From Octopus vulgaris (lineage: Eukaryota), in the NCBI GenBank assembly GCA_951406725.2, contig OX597830.1, positions 74,834,001-74,898,000 of the forward strand: 64,000 nucleotides of DNA, in the 5' to 3' direction. Shown one piece after another: positions 14,900-27,900 of this stretch. The notes beneath the pieces are model-generated. The model was not told where the DNA came from. It saw nothing but the letters and a program-made list of their open reading frames with translations, and ran no database searches. The translations under genes and the position numbers were made by a program. Numbering within the stretch: position 1 is the stretch's first letter; each line of letters starts with the position of its first letter.

Positions 14900-14945
14900 C
14901 ACCACGACTACCACCATTACGACTGCCATCATCGCCACCACCATC
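14130..14945. repeat. Low-complexity block: (TTTC)n pyrimidine tract with a local duplication, then (CAC)n/(TAC)n
   Basis: 'cttttttctgccttcctttattttttt...acatatttcc' occurs at ~14221 and ~14392; trinucleotide runs follow. Confidence 0.85.
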
Positions 14946-15331
14946 ACGCAAAGACACCATTGATGTAGAAGGAATGTTTCAAGAGATATGATTTTCATCG
15001 TTTTGCTTCGTTTGGGACGAGTTGGGTCGAAACGCCAAGATATTTTGGACAAATGAATGAACTTCGAGACACTTTCTCTGCAAAATGCTGCCGGATCAGA
15101 AGATATGTGTGTCTGTATGTGTGTGTGTTTGTGTGTTTTGTGTGTGTGTGTGTGTATGTGTGTATGTATGTGTGTGTGTGTATGTGTATGTGTTTTGTGA
15201 ATTCTGTCAATGTTGAGGTGTGTGCTGTATATCTCTTTACGTCTGTGTATGTAAGCGATAAATATACATAAAAATATATATACATAAACATATAAGTATA
15301 TGTGCCTGTATATATATATATATATGCATAT

Positions 15332-15388
<57 letters not shown>

Positions 15389-15471
15389 CATATGTGTAAA
15401 AATACACCCAGATATGTATGTACATGAAAACACATTAATTGGAAAATATTGATGTATATGATGAGTTTCTG

Positions 15472-15576
<105 letters not shown>

Positions 15577-15587
15577 ATGTATGTATG

Positions 15588-15628
<41 letters not shown>

Positions 15629-15667
15629 ATATGAATGTGTATACATATATATATATGCACACACACA

Positions 15668-15713
<46 letters not shown>

Positions 15714-16411
15714 CATAAACACAAACACATGTAATTATAACAATACATAGATAAAACATACACGCATATCTACGCGCGCGCGTACACACACACGTACGCA
15801 TAAGCATGCGTGGATGCGTGCATGTCTGTTTGGTCGTATGCAGTTCGAGTGATTAGGTTTGTTGATTTTTAGTGAAGCCAAAACTGTTACGGGTTGTAAA
15901 TGGTTGAAATGGCACGAGTAGCGCCAACTAAACTGAATGGTGGAGTGTGGAAAGTCGGTGTGTGTGTGTGTGTGTGTATCGGAAGATGTTTTGTGGAAGA
16001 GATGAGGGTAGTAGAAGAAAATATGGCCGGTTAATATCTGTACAGCAAAGAAATTATATGTATGTATGTATGTATGCAAGTATGTATATATGTACGTATA
16101 TATGTATGTATGTGTGTATGTATGTATGTATGTATGTATGTGTGTATGTATGTATGTATGTATGTATGTATATATGTATGTATATATATATGTATGTAAG
16201 TATATATATATATATATATATACATATGTATGTATATATATATATACATATGTATATGTATGTATATATGTATACATATATATTTATATACATATGTATA
16301 TGTATGTATATATATATATATATATATATATAGATAGATAGATAGATAGATAGAAAGATAGATAGAAAGATAGATATACATACATACCCACCTTCTTTCA
16401 TTGCTTTATTG

Positions 16412-16690
16412 TTTTACTTGTTAAGTCCTTCGCCTGCGACCATGCTGGAGCACAGCCTTTAGCCGAACAAATCGACTCCAGAACTTATTCTTCGTAAGCC
16501 TAGTAAGCGATAGGGGTGGTGGAACAAACACAGACACATGCACAAATATATACATATACATAAATATATTTGTATATACGACGGGCTTCTTTCAGTTTCC
16601 GTCTACCATATCCACTCACATGGCTGTGATCGGCCCGAGGCTATAGTAGAAGACACTTGCCTAAGGTGCCAGGCAATGGGACTGAACCCG
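16412..16690 (-). mobile_element. SINE family A, internally deleted and 5'-truncated
   Basis: Tail 'catgctggagcacagcctttagccgaacaaatcgac' and body 'cgacgggcttctttcagtttccgtctacc...ggctatagtagaagacacttgcctaaggtgcc...gggactgaacccg'. Confidence 0.85.
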
Positions 16691-18185
16691 TATACTCTTG
16701 TTTATGTATTATCTATTTAGTGATACGTGTATACGGCTCACGATCGTAATATTGTGGGTTCTAATCCCGGGGCATTGTTTCTTTCAACAAGACATTCGTA
16801 CTTGTGTCGTACTTGAAATTCAAATGACCAGTGTAGTCACATTCTGTTTATTGTTGATTGATAACTACATTTAGGTTATGCATATCAGTGAAGTGTTCGG
16901 GAACATACTCGTTAATTTCGAGAGGATGCTTTTTGTTTATCACATCAACTGGAACACACATGGGGCGATGGAATGCCAGTATTATCTCTCTCTCTCTCTT
17001 TTACCCCCTCTCTCTCTCTCTTTATCTATCTATCTGTCTATCTATCTATCTATGCACAACCATACACATTCTCATGCTTACACATATAAGCACAATAATT
17101 TTTTAATAAATATGTATGTGTGAATACATAAGTACACGCACACACACACACACACCAACACACAAATGATTCTCTCTATGTTTATATACACACGCATACA
17201 TGTACGCGGGGATTTTTATTAGGTTGACCAGAATTCGAAATGAGATATGGGAATTCGAAATTCGAAATGATATATGGGACAGAAAGGGAGAAGAATCACA
17301 CTTCTACAAGGCCGGGGAACGTGCTAGAAATTGCAGCCAAATCACATTGAAGTCATTCTTAAATTCTTAAGAATGGATAAGTCGTATAATATAGATATGA
17401 CTACACCACGTATTAGAAAAAAGAAAACTGGATTCTCATCGCTTCAAAAACTTTGATCGCAAAATCTAATCTACCATAAAGCCACCTTAGAGACTAACGA
17501 CAGCATACACAATAATAATATTCATACCAAAGAAAAGGGGCCAGAGAGATTATCTCTGCCTTAATAAAAAATATTGAATTCCTGCAAATGAAACCCAAAT
17601 GTCGTAAAAGGCAAAGAATACAGGGCTGAATGTAGCATTAGTTAAATAAAACATGATGGTCGAAACTGGAACGCCTGTATTCTGATGTATGTGCAACCAT
17701 CACAGTCAGGCCGGGAGGCAGCAGAAGCCACTATTCTCAGCAACACCGCCACCATAAACAGCAAAAACAATGATAACAACAGCAATCATAAATAAGAAAT
17801 AGTATTGAGACGTATCATAACACAAAAATATAAATTGGTTAAAGATGAAATAACACACTCTATCTTAAAATTCATTGATGTAATGAAACGGACAGATCGA
17901 TATCAATCATCTTTACAAAGAAATAAGAAAAATAAATAAATGAATAGTACAAAAAATTAAAATAAAACAGAAAAATAACAACGCGAAGAAGAAATGGAGG
18001 CGGTCGACACGAGTTGATGAAATGTACCCCAGTTGAGACCAGTTGTACAAGGTTGCAAGCTATTAAAGAAGATTACGTGCACACACATACACACACACAC
18101 ACAAACACACACACTCATACTCACATTATATATATATATATATATATATACATACATATATATCAATATATGTAACAATATATCA

Positions 18186-18232
<47 letters not shown>

Positions 18233-18263
18233 AAGATATATCAATATATATAACAATATATCA

Positions 18264-18317
<54 letters not shown>

Positions 18318-18542
18318 GTGTACCTATATATACGTATATTCATACAGATATACAAACACATACTCACGCACTTTTACAGACTCGCACACGCGCACACACT
18401 TACACACACACATATATAACTTTAAGGCACAAAAAAGAAAGTAGATATACATGGCAAAAGTAACAAGAAATATTAAAATATTACAAGAAATGTAAATGGC
18501 AACAATACAGCCAGAGTAAAAAAAAATAAAAGCTAAAATATA

Positions 18543-18585
<43 letters not shown>

Positions 18586-18615
18586 GAAGATAAAAAGATG
18601 AGGGAAACTACCAAC

Positions 18616-18696
<81 letters not shown>

Positions 18697-18725
18697 TGAT
18701 GATGATGATGATGATAATGATGATA
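18543..18725. repeat. (AAT)n/(GAT)n microsatellites
   Basis: Directly visible. Confidence 0.95.
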
Positions 18726-18954
18726 ATAGTAATATGGGAAGAAGATAGAGAACCAGAAGGCTAAGAACATGAACAACACCAGATAAAAAGTATATATATA
18801 TATATATAAACATCGTCAGCTACAAGTGTATGAATGAAAGTATCGACAGTGTATTCATGCGAGTCACTTCATTCTCATGTTCTCCTGACAATTAAACTCA
18901 GCAAGAAGTCTTTCGAATGCATTCAAATGATACAAATAAATGAGTAAGAAACAA

Positions 18955-19013
<59 letters not shown>

Positions 19014-19074
19014 TGATGTTAAACATGAAAATGTATGCCAACATATAAATCCCCCTTCTCTCTCTCTCTCTCTC

Positions 19075-19380
<306 letters not shown>

Positions 19381-19750
19381 CTACCTGTCTATCTATATCT
19401 CTTTTTCTGTATGCCTAAATACTTATATATGTATCCACACTTATGCACAAATGTATACATGTCCACGTATGTATATAAACATAAGTATGCATAAATACAC
19501 ACTCACATGCACTCACAAAAACGTAAACGCGCATGCACACACGCAGACACAGGCACCTTTTCATATATATATATATATATATATATTTATTTATATATAT
19601 ATATTTATGGAAATAGATAGATAGATAGATACGTACATACATATATACACACATATATACATCCAAAAAACAGAGAATGAGACAGCAAAACATGTTCATA
19701 CGCACATACATACACTTACACTGGCACATCCGTATCTATACGTATTGATA

Positions 19751-19801
<51 letters not shown>

Positions 19802-20187
19802 GCTTGTGCTTTCATAAACAAATGAAGAGGATTCAATACATATATTAGAGTGAAATATACATATATTCAAGTTATAGTATATTCAGTGCAATTTTATGCT
19901 TAAAACACACCGTAAAATATGTTTTGCGTACAGTATTGGCGAGATAGAAAATGTCATCGAAGAAGACGCAAACAACAGGCACGTTTGCTACCCTAATTTT
20001 GTGATTCAAAGAGAAGCGTGTTCAATAACACCAGTAAAAAGGCTTTATTAGAAGCACATGCACCTATTCAGGTTTATACACATGTTAAAAGGCACGCACG
20101 TGAAAGCTTATGTATGCATACGTACATCATATGGATTGATTAACATGTCACTGCTTGGAATCGAACAGTGAGCTGAATAATAATAAC

Positions 20188-20847
<660 letters not shown>

Positions 20848-21074
20848 TAATAATAACATCGAATAATACCTTAAAAATGAGAACCCAGGTTCGAAATTTC
20901 CCGAAGGCACCTGAAATGTTGTGTTAACAACAAACAAGATGAGTACAAATATCCGTCAAATGTAAATAATGTAAATAATGTACATAATTCCCCTTCTCTG
21001 AAATATAGAAGTTTGTGAGTTTGTGTGTGGGGCTGTTTCTATGTATACATGTTTGTATACATACATATATCTAT

Positions 21075-21314
21075 CTCTTTTACTCATTTACTTGTTTCAG
21101 TCATTTGAATGTGGCTACGCTGGAGCAACGCCTTTAGTCGAGCAAATCGACCCCAGGACTTACTCTTTGTAAGCCTTGTACTTATTCTATCATCTCTTTT
21201 GCCGAACTAGATTTCCAAAGAATAAGTCCTGGAGTCGATGTGCTCGACTAAAGGCGGTGCTCCAGCATGGCCACAGTCACATGACTGAAACAATTAAAAG
21301 AGTGAGAGTAAAGA

Positions 21315-21315
<1 letters not shown>
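21075..21315. repeat. Foldback of two inverted SINE-A tails
   Basis: 21075-21169 is the approximate reverse complement of 21216-21315, with a ~46-nt spacer. Confidence 0.9.
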
Positions 21316-21350
<35 letters not shown>

Positions 21351-21354
<4 letters not shown>

Positions 21355-21602
21355 GTAAATGTAATATGTGATGATTATTCGGTAGCCATGATAAAACTCC
21401 GAGTTTCGGATGCCGAGGTGTAAAACCACGCCGCCATATCTTCAGTTATCCGGCCATCGGAAAAATGCTATGAAAAATGACCCTTCGGAGTTTTATCATG
21501 GCTACCGAATAATTGTCGCATAATACATTCACAGATAAATTCCTCTATTAACATAATATCAAGGTATCTTTCTTTCTTTTTTTGTCTTAAAATTTTTATC
21601 AA
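21351..21602 (-). mobile_element. (TA)n-embedded Penelope-like/retrozyme-like element with inverted arms
   Basis: 52-bp inverted repeat (21351-21402 vs 21485-21536, 5 mismatches), an HHR motif, and a second copy at 8332-8460. Confidence 0.7.
21390..21450 (-). ncRNA. Type I hammerhead ribozyme motif with intact core
   Basis: Minus strand: GATAA-CTGAAGA-t-ATGGCGGCGTG-gtttta-CACCTCGGCAT-cc-GAA-ACTC-g-GAGT-T-TTATC. Stem I is 5/5, stem II about 9/11, stem III palindromic, cleavage triplet GUU. Confidence 0.7.
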
Positions 21603-21615
21603 ATATATATATATA

Positions 21616-22132
21616 CTAGCAGTATCGCCCGGCGTTGCTCGGGTTTGTAAGGGAAATAACTATATAAGCATTTTTAGAGAGTTACTTCCTTTATAGATGC
21701 CAATTCGGGCTTTCTTAGCCATTTCTGTTTTGGTGTCTTCAAGCCATGAAGTCGTTGTTCTAAAAGAACGCTGGTCTCCTTGACAACGCATTACGACGTT
21801 GATTTCCTTAAACTCCCTTCCCCACAGCTTCACGAGGGAGGGAAGAAGGGGGAGAAGCAAACACAGGTGCAGGTGTTTGAGCATGGACGCCAACTCCGCC
21901 GCCATCGACACACGAAAAATTATGCATTAAAATGGAATAAAAAATGATGTTAAATTATTTTTAAAATCGTAGACTCATCGTAGACGCGTGCTAATATCCA
22001 GACGGGCTCGATATTAATCACGACTATAAGATAGCCGAATTTGGTTAAACTGCACCGCAAAATGTGGGAGGAGTTAGGAATCTAAATCGTAGGAGACAGA
22101 CACTCACACAACTACAGTTTTATATATATAGA
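21616..22132 (-). mobile_element. Non-autonomous Helitron (517 bp)
   Basis: Minus strand begins A|TCTATATATATAAAACTG and ends CCCGAGCAACGCCGGG (hairpin)-cgatactg-CTAG|T. Inserted between A and T with no TSD. Confidence 0.85.
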
Positions 22133-22157
22133 TATACACATTTATTTATGGATAACG

Positions 22158-22425
22158 GGACCGAAGCCTTGCGTGTGTATTTGGTAGGGTAAACTCAAAG
22201 ACACCCGTGGTGTGTGTGTGGTTATACCTGTGTTAATTTTTTGTATCTGAGTTAACCACCGCTAGACAACCGGTGTTGGTGGGATTATGTCACCGCTTCC
22301 AACGTTTCTGAAGAAGCCACTGATGGGTAAATTACCCGGCGTACAATGCCGATTCGTTCGACAAGAATTCTTTAAGCATGTGCCGCAATACGGATACAAT
22401 CTAACAACTGGAATATGAAAAAGAT
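22158..22425 (+). mobile_element. Highly degenerate SINE family A body and tail
   Basis: 'gaccgaagccttgcgtgtgtatttggtag' and 'gacaaccggtgttggt' resemble better-preserved copies. Confidence 0.55.
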
Positions 22426-22449
22426 AGAAGTAAATATTTATATACGATT

Positions 22450-22543
<94 letters not shown>

Positions 22544-23134
22544 ATAAGTCTTTCACTTGCTTCAGTCATTAGTCTGCAGATATGTTGGGCTACATGGAAT
22601 ATACAGCAGAATGTCGAAACGTTTAGAGTCTGTGCGTCAGACTCTATAAACCCCACAAACCCTGAAGCATTTGTGTGCTTCCACGTTGGTCAAATCGATA
22701 AAAATGAGAAATATATGTGGTCAATAGCCCGACTAATCGGCCGAAGCGACTGATGGTGAGCCGATATTTGACCGTGGAAAAGATTCACTGGACGGTGTGT
22801 CATTTTATGATATATTGTTATATATCGAAATCGATAGATCGATTGGTGAAGAATTGCAAATATCTGATTGTAGAAAAGTGTCAATGGCCTCTACTGTGTT
22901 TGTTCAATTGTGATTGTATAATTCCTATTTCGTATCTCGTCTTCACAGTGAGTTAGATGAACGGTTTCGGTTTTGTGTAACTGGGTAACACACACTCGGA
23001 ATTCATGCAAATCTCTCCTATGTGCGTGGGAATAAATGCATATTTGTATAAGTATGTGTGTGTGTGAGTGTGTGTATGTGTGTATACATATATGCATATA
23101 TATATATATATATGTGTGTGTAGATATATATACA

Positions 23135-23183
<49 letters not shown>

Positions 23184-23472
23184 GTATATATATGTATGTG
23201 CATATAAATAGATGTACTTATATATATGCCTATACATATGTGTGTATATATATATGTGTATATATATATACATAGATATATATAGGCGTTTGTGTGTGTG
23301 ATATGTTTGTATCTATAAATAAGGTAGAACCATATATTTGCCTGTTGTATCTAGTGAGTTTCCTTAATTACATAAATAAATTAATTAATTACGATCTCCG
23401 TGACGGCTAAAATTATTTCATATAACCCAGAGGAATAATGTATAGTATATATATACATACACTCACACACTA

Positions 23473-23560
<88 letters not shown>

Positions 23561-23562
<2 letters not shown>

Positions 23563-23723
23563 AGCAGATGTGGCTGTGTGGAAAGTAGCTTGCTTAACAG
23601 CAACATCGTTCCGGGTTCAGTCCCACTGCGTTGCACCTTGGGCAAGTGTCATCTACTATCGCCTCAAACCGATCCAAGCCTTGTGAGTGGATTTGGTAGA
23701 CGGAAACTGAAAGAAGCTTGTCG
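23561..23723 (+). mobile_element. tRNA-derived SINE family A, head and CORE-like body
   Basis: A box TGGCTGTGTGG, B box GGTTCAGTCCC, then 'caccttgggcaagtgtc' and 'ccttgtgagtggatttggtagacggaaactgaaagaagc'. Resembles the octopus OR-type SINEs (from memory). Confidence 0.9.
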
Positions 23724-23738
23724 CATACATATATCTAC

Positions 23739-23802
<64 letters not shown>

Positions 23803-24272
23803 ATATATATATATACACACACATACATATATATATATGTTTATCATATGAAAAATACATGTGTATGTGTTAGAAATTACGATTATCATAAGCTTATATC
23901 ATTCTTTCCTTCGTACGTTCCACCACTGTGGTTGCTTAGATGTCTGCACTGGACTTCAACGTGCAACTGGATAGATAACCACAGCAAATGTTAGACATTA
24001 AATTATAGGTGCCTGTGCTCGCGTGTGTGTGTGTGTGTGGGCGCCTGTGTATTCCTGAGTTTGTGTGAGTTATTGCTTTAATATACAATCTTAGATTTAA
24101 CTATATCGACACCAACCGACGAATGTGTAACAATGTCATTGCGTAAAATACTTCGTTTTATGGGGCTTAAATGGAACTATCAACACAATTCCAAAACCGA
24201 TGAAAGATAAAAAAAACCAGTTAAACATTACAATAAAAGGATATTTCAACTCTGGCATATATTTTTTCGTGG

Positions 24273-24317
<45 letters not shown>

Positions 24318-24338
24318 ATATATATATATCTATCTATC

Positions 24339-24400
<62 letters not shown>

Positions 24401-24595
24401 TTTACACGTATATGTATATATGTATATACATAAATATGAATGTATATATATATATATATATATCATATATATAGATATATACGTAAATATATATATATTA
24501 ATATTTATGCATGTGTATACATATACATATATATATATATGTGTGTGTAAAAATATAAATATAAATACCCCCCCCCCCGCATATATATATATATA

Positions 24596-24981
24596 TCTCT
24601 CTATATATAAACGGCAGTTTGTCTGTGCGTGTTTCTGTGTGTCTGTTTTCTCGTACCCTCACTCTGACCACGGCTTTCAACCGATTCTGATGAAACTTGA
24701 CACACACATAGCCCAATGTCATAATTCAAAACTAACGCAGCGAAAATTTTGAAAAGTTAACCCCAGTTCTGAAAAAAATCGATAAATTCGACATGGGGTC
24801 GAGAATCAAAAAAAACAAACCACAGACTGTCTAGGGGACGCAACTCAACCTTTTTTTACTCTCAAAAAAAAATTTACCATAATTTTTTTCCATTTTTTTG
24901 CTATTTTTGGCTATAACTCTCTAAAAATGCTTTATAGTTATTTCCCTTACAAACCTGAGCAACGCCGGGCGATACTGCTAG
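24596..24981 (+). mobile_element. Non-autonomous Helitron (386 bp)
   Basis: A|TCTCTCTATATATAAACGGCAG ... CCTGAGCAACGCCGGG-cgatactg-CTAG|T. The last 68 bp are nearly identical to the 3' end of the Helitron at 21616-22132. Confidence 0.85.
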
Positions 24982-25571
24982 TATATATATATATATATAT
25001 AATATATATAAAATATATATATTCAGAAAAATATAAGTTAATGTAACAATAAAACCAAGTCAACAACAAAATATGCTAATAAACACACAGAGGGAAGAAT
25101 GAGAGGACGAAATATAGAGATGAAATCAGTCGAATAATTGTAATGCATTTTCTTATAGTATCTGGAACGGTCTGTTTCTAGTCAATTGTCTGTTGTGGTG
25201 AACCTGAAAGATGGTTTAGTGAAAGCTTTGGAAATCTAGCAAGGATTTCACAATGCACTCAATGATACACATGCATATGGACACATACGCACATATACCC
25301 TAAACACATGCACACAGAGTTACACGAAAAAAGTCTAAAAAAAAAAAATAAATAAATAAACGATGAAAAATGTGACAGAGCTAATATATCTAATGTGAGT
25401 CTTTTGAGATCAATGCATCGGCGAAAGCAAAAAGAATATATATATATATATGCAGCAGTCATAAATAACCGATTTTGCAGGGTACTGTAAAAACTGCAAC
25501 AATCAAAAACAACAGCAAAGAAAGCATAAAAAACACCAATAACAACGACAATGACAACAACAAACAGAAAA

Positions 25572-25687
<116 letters not shown>

Positions 25688-26097
25688 CATAACCCAATAT
25701 ATAAATAGCGAAATAATGTGAAGTACGAAGAACGGGGCGATGAAACTGGATCATTTCAAGAGGCCAAAGCTTTCCTTATTATTCATTGAACGATTGTCCC
25801 CACCTTATATTTATTTCCGGTCTATGTGTGCGTCTGTATGTATGTGTGTGTGTATGTGTGTGTAAATGTTTATGTATGTGCGTGTGTGCGCGCACGCGCT
25901 TTTGTATTTTGAGTCCAACGTGCCTGACTCGCGAAAACATGCCCTCTACTCATGGAAACTTTTAATCTCAGTTAATGAGTTTTATCCAGTCAAGTACTAT
26001 TAAATGTAGAATATCATGGTATTGAGTAAATTTCTTCTGGTGGTTATTTGGAACCGGCTTGTGTGTGTGTGTGTGCCTGTGTGTGTGTATTTGAGAT

Positions 26098-26381
26098 TTA
26101 TTTCAACATCCTCTCGTTTGCTGTCCTTACGCTTTTTCCATCGGTATTGCAGTGCTTGGATCTCATTGATGAAAAATCTTGCATCCTTTTGCTCCAAAAA
26201 AAACTCCTCAGCAGGCGAAATGACTTTAGCATCGCTGCGATTCTGGTTCCCAGCCAAGTGATTTATGTTTCATGTTGGGGAACAGATGATAGTCAGATGC
26301 GGCCAAACCAGGAGAACAGGGTGCGTGATGAACAAGTTTAAAGCCGCAGTCACGCACGGCAGCCATTGAAATCAAGAACTT
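26098..26381 (-). pseudogene. Mariner (Tc1/mariner) transposase C-terminal remnant, frameshifted
   Basis: Minus-strand translation KFLISMAAVRDCGFKLVHHAPCSPGLAASDYHLFPNMK (decayed HPPYSPDLAPSDYHLF motif), then after a frameshift LAGNQNRSDAKVISPAEEFFLEQKDARFFINEIQALQYRWKKRKDSKREDVE, matching the mariner C-terminal pattern GI..L..RW.KC....GDYVE. Confidence 0.88.
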
Positions 26382-26588
26382 GGCTCAAATCTGGCAAATC
26401 TCTAACCAACAGTCTCCATCTCTCCTTTTGCTATACGGTTGAACCTCAAGACAACATTAACAAGTGTCTTTTAGTCTTGGAAGGCCAAATGGTAGCGTGT
26501 GATTTGAAGAGGATTGAGTGCTATTTTTACCAGGTTTAATCGGTCACGTTGGGAATGTAGAGAATCCTTATTTCAATAGTGTTGTCGG

Positions 26589-26758
26589 GTTCTGAGTTCA
26601 AATTCCACCGAGGTTGACTTTGCCTTTCATCCTTTCGGGGTCGATTAAATAAGTACCAGTTACGCACTGGGGTCGATATGATCGACTTAATCCGTGTGTC
26701 TGTCCTTGTTTGTCCTCTCTGTGTTTGGCTCCTTGTGGGTAGTAAAGAAATAGGTATT
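26589..26758 (+). mobile_element. SINE family B, 5'-truncated, tail type 1
   Basis: B-box-like 'gagttcaaattcc' through tail 'tgtctgtccttgtttgtcctctctgtgtttggctccttgtgggtagtaaagaaataggtatt'. Confidence 0.9.
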
Positions 26759-26759
26759 A

Positions 26760-26785
26760 CTAGTAGCAGCAGAAGCAGCAGCAGA

Positions 26786-26843
<58 letters not shown>

Positions 26844-26912
26844 ATAGTAGCAGTAGTAGTGGTGGTGGCAGCAGTAGTAGTAGCAGCAGCAGTAGTAGTA
26901 GTGTTGGTGGTG

Positions 26913-26973
<61 letters not shown>

Positions 26974-26975
26974 GT
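26760..26975. repeat. Compound (AGC/AGT/GGT)n microsatellite
   Basis: Directly visible; begins at the SINE tail. Confidence 0.9.
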
Positions 26976-27174
26976 AGTAGTTGTTGTGGGTGTCGACGAT
27001 GCTTTTGGTACTTCTGATAAGTTTGGTTTCTTTGATCTTTTGCTTCTCGACTCGCGTGCTTTCTTTTTCTTTCCTATATTCTCTCTTTTACGTTTTTTAA
27101 AATGTTTTTTTCATGTTTTTCATGTTTTTTTTCATGAATTATTTATGCCGTATCAATATTACGTATATATACAT

Positions 27175-27239
<65 letters not shown>

Positions 27240-27661
27240 GTGTGTGTGTGTGTATACATATATATATTTATGTGTGTATATATATATATATTCGTGCATA
27301 AATATACACATACCTACACACATGATTACATACATACGTACACGCACACATATAAATATTCCATTTTTCTTTCTTTTGTTCCTGCCTTCCTGAATTCTAT
27401 CATCATTTGTTTATTTAGTTGGTTTCATTATTTTTTTACTGGTATTTGTGAGTAACTTCACTGTTTTTTATAGATATTCAGTTCCTCGTTTACTGCATTG
27501 TTTTAGTTAACGAAAGGAATATCACAAGGATTATTGTTGGGGATACATGGCTTTCATTTTTGTTTTCCGTTGATATGCAAATCCTTCCACGGTATGAATC
27601 ATTAGAACACACACAAATATACACCAATACCTACTTGTAAACTGTCATTCATCGGTCACTC

Positions 27662-27900
27662 AATACCTATTTCTTTATTACCTACAAAGGGCTAAACACA
27701 GAGGGGACAAACAAGGACAGACATAGGTATTAAGTCGATTACATCGACCCCAGTGCGTAACTGGTGCTTAATTTATCGACCCAGAAAGGATGAAAAGCAA
27801 AGTCGACCTCGGCGAAATTTGAACTCACAAACTAACGGCAGACGAAATACTGCAAAGCATTTCGCCCGGCGTGCTAACGCTTCTGCCAGTTCGCCGCCTT
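27662..27900 (-). mobile_element. Near full-length SINE family B, tail type 1
   Basis: Minus strand 'aaggcggcgaactggcagaagcgttagcacgccgggcgaaatgc...gagttcaaatttcgccgaggtcgactttgc...aataaagaaataggtatt'. Confidence 0.9.

Noticed and set aside
14199-15337. Long Pro/Thr/His/Gly-rich ORFs (222-256 aa) resembling mucin or extensin
   Set aside because: Built from (TTTC)n, (CAC)n and (TAC)n, and open in several overlapping frames on both strands, which is typical of low-complexity DNA.
21616-24981. Single 3.4-kb TIR transposon
   Set aside because: Each arm is the hairpin+CTAG 3' end of a separate Helitron with its own 5' TC; no TSD.
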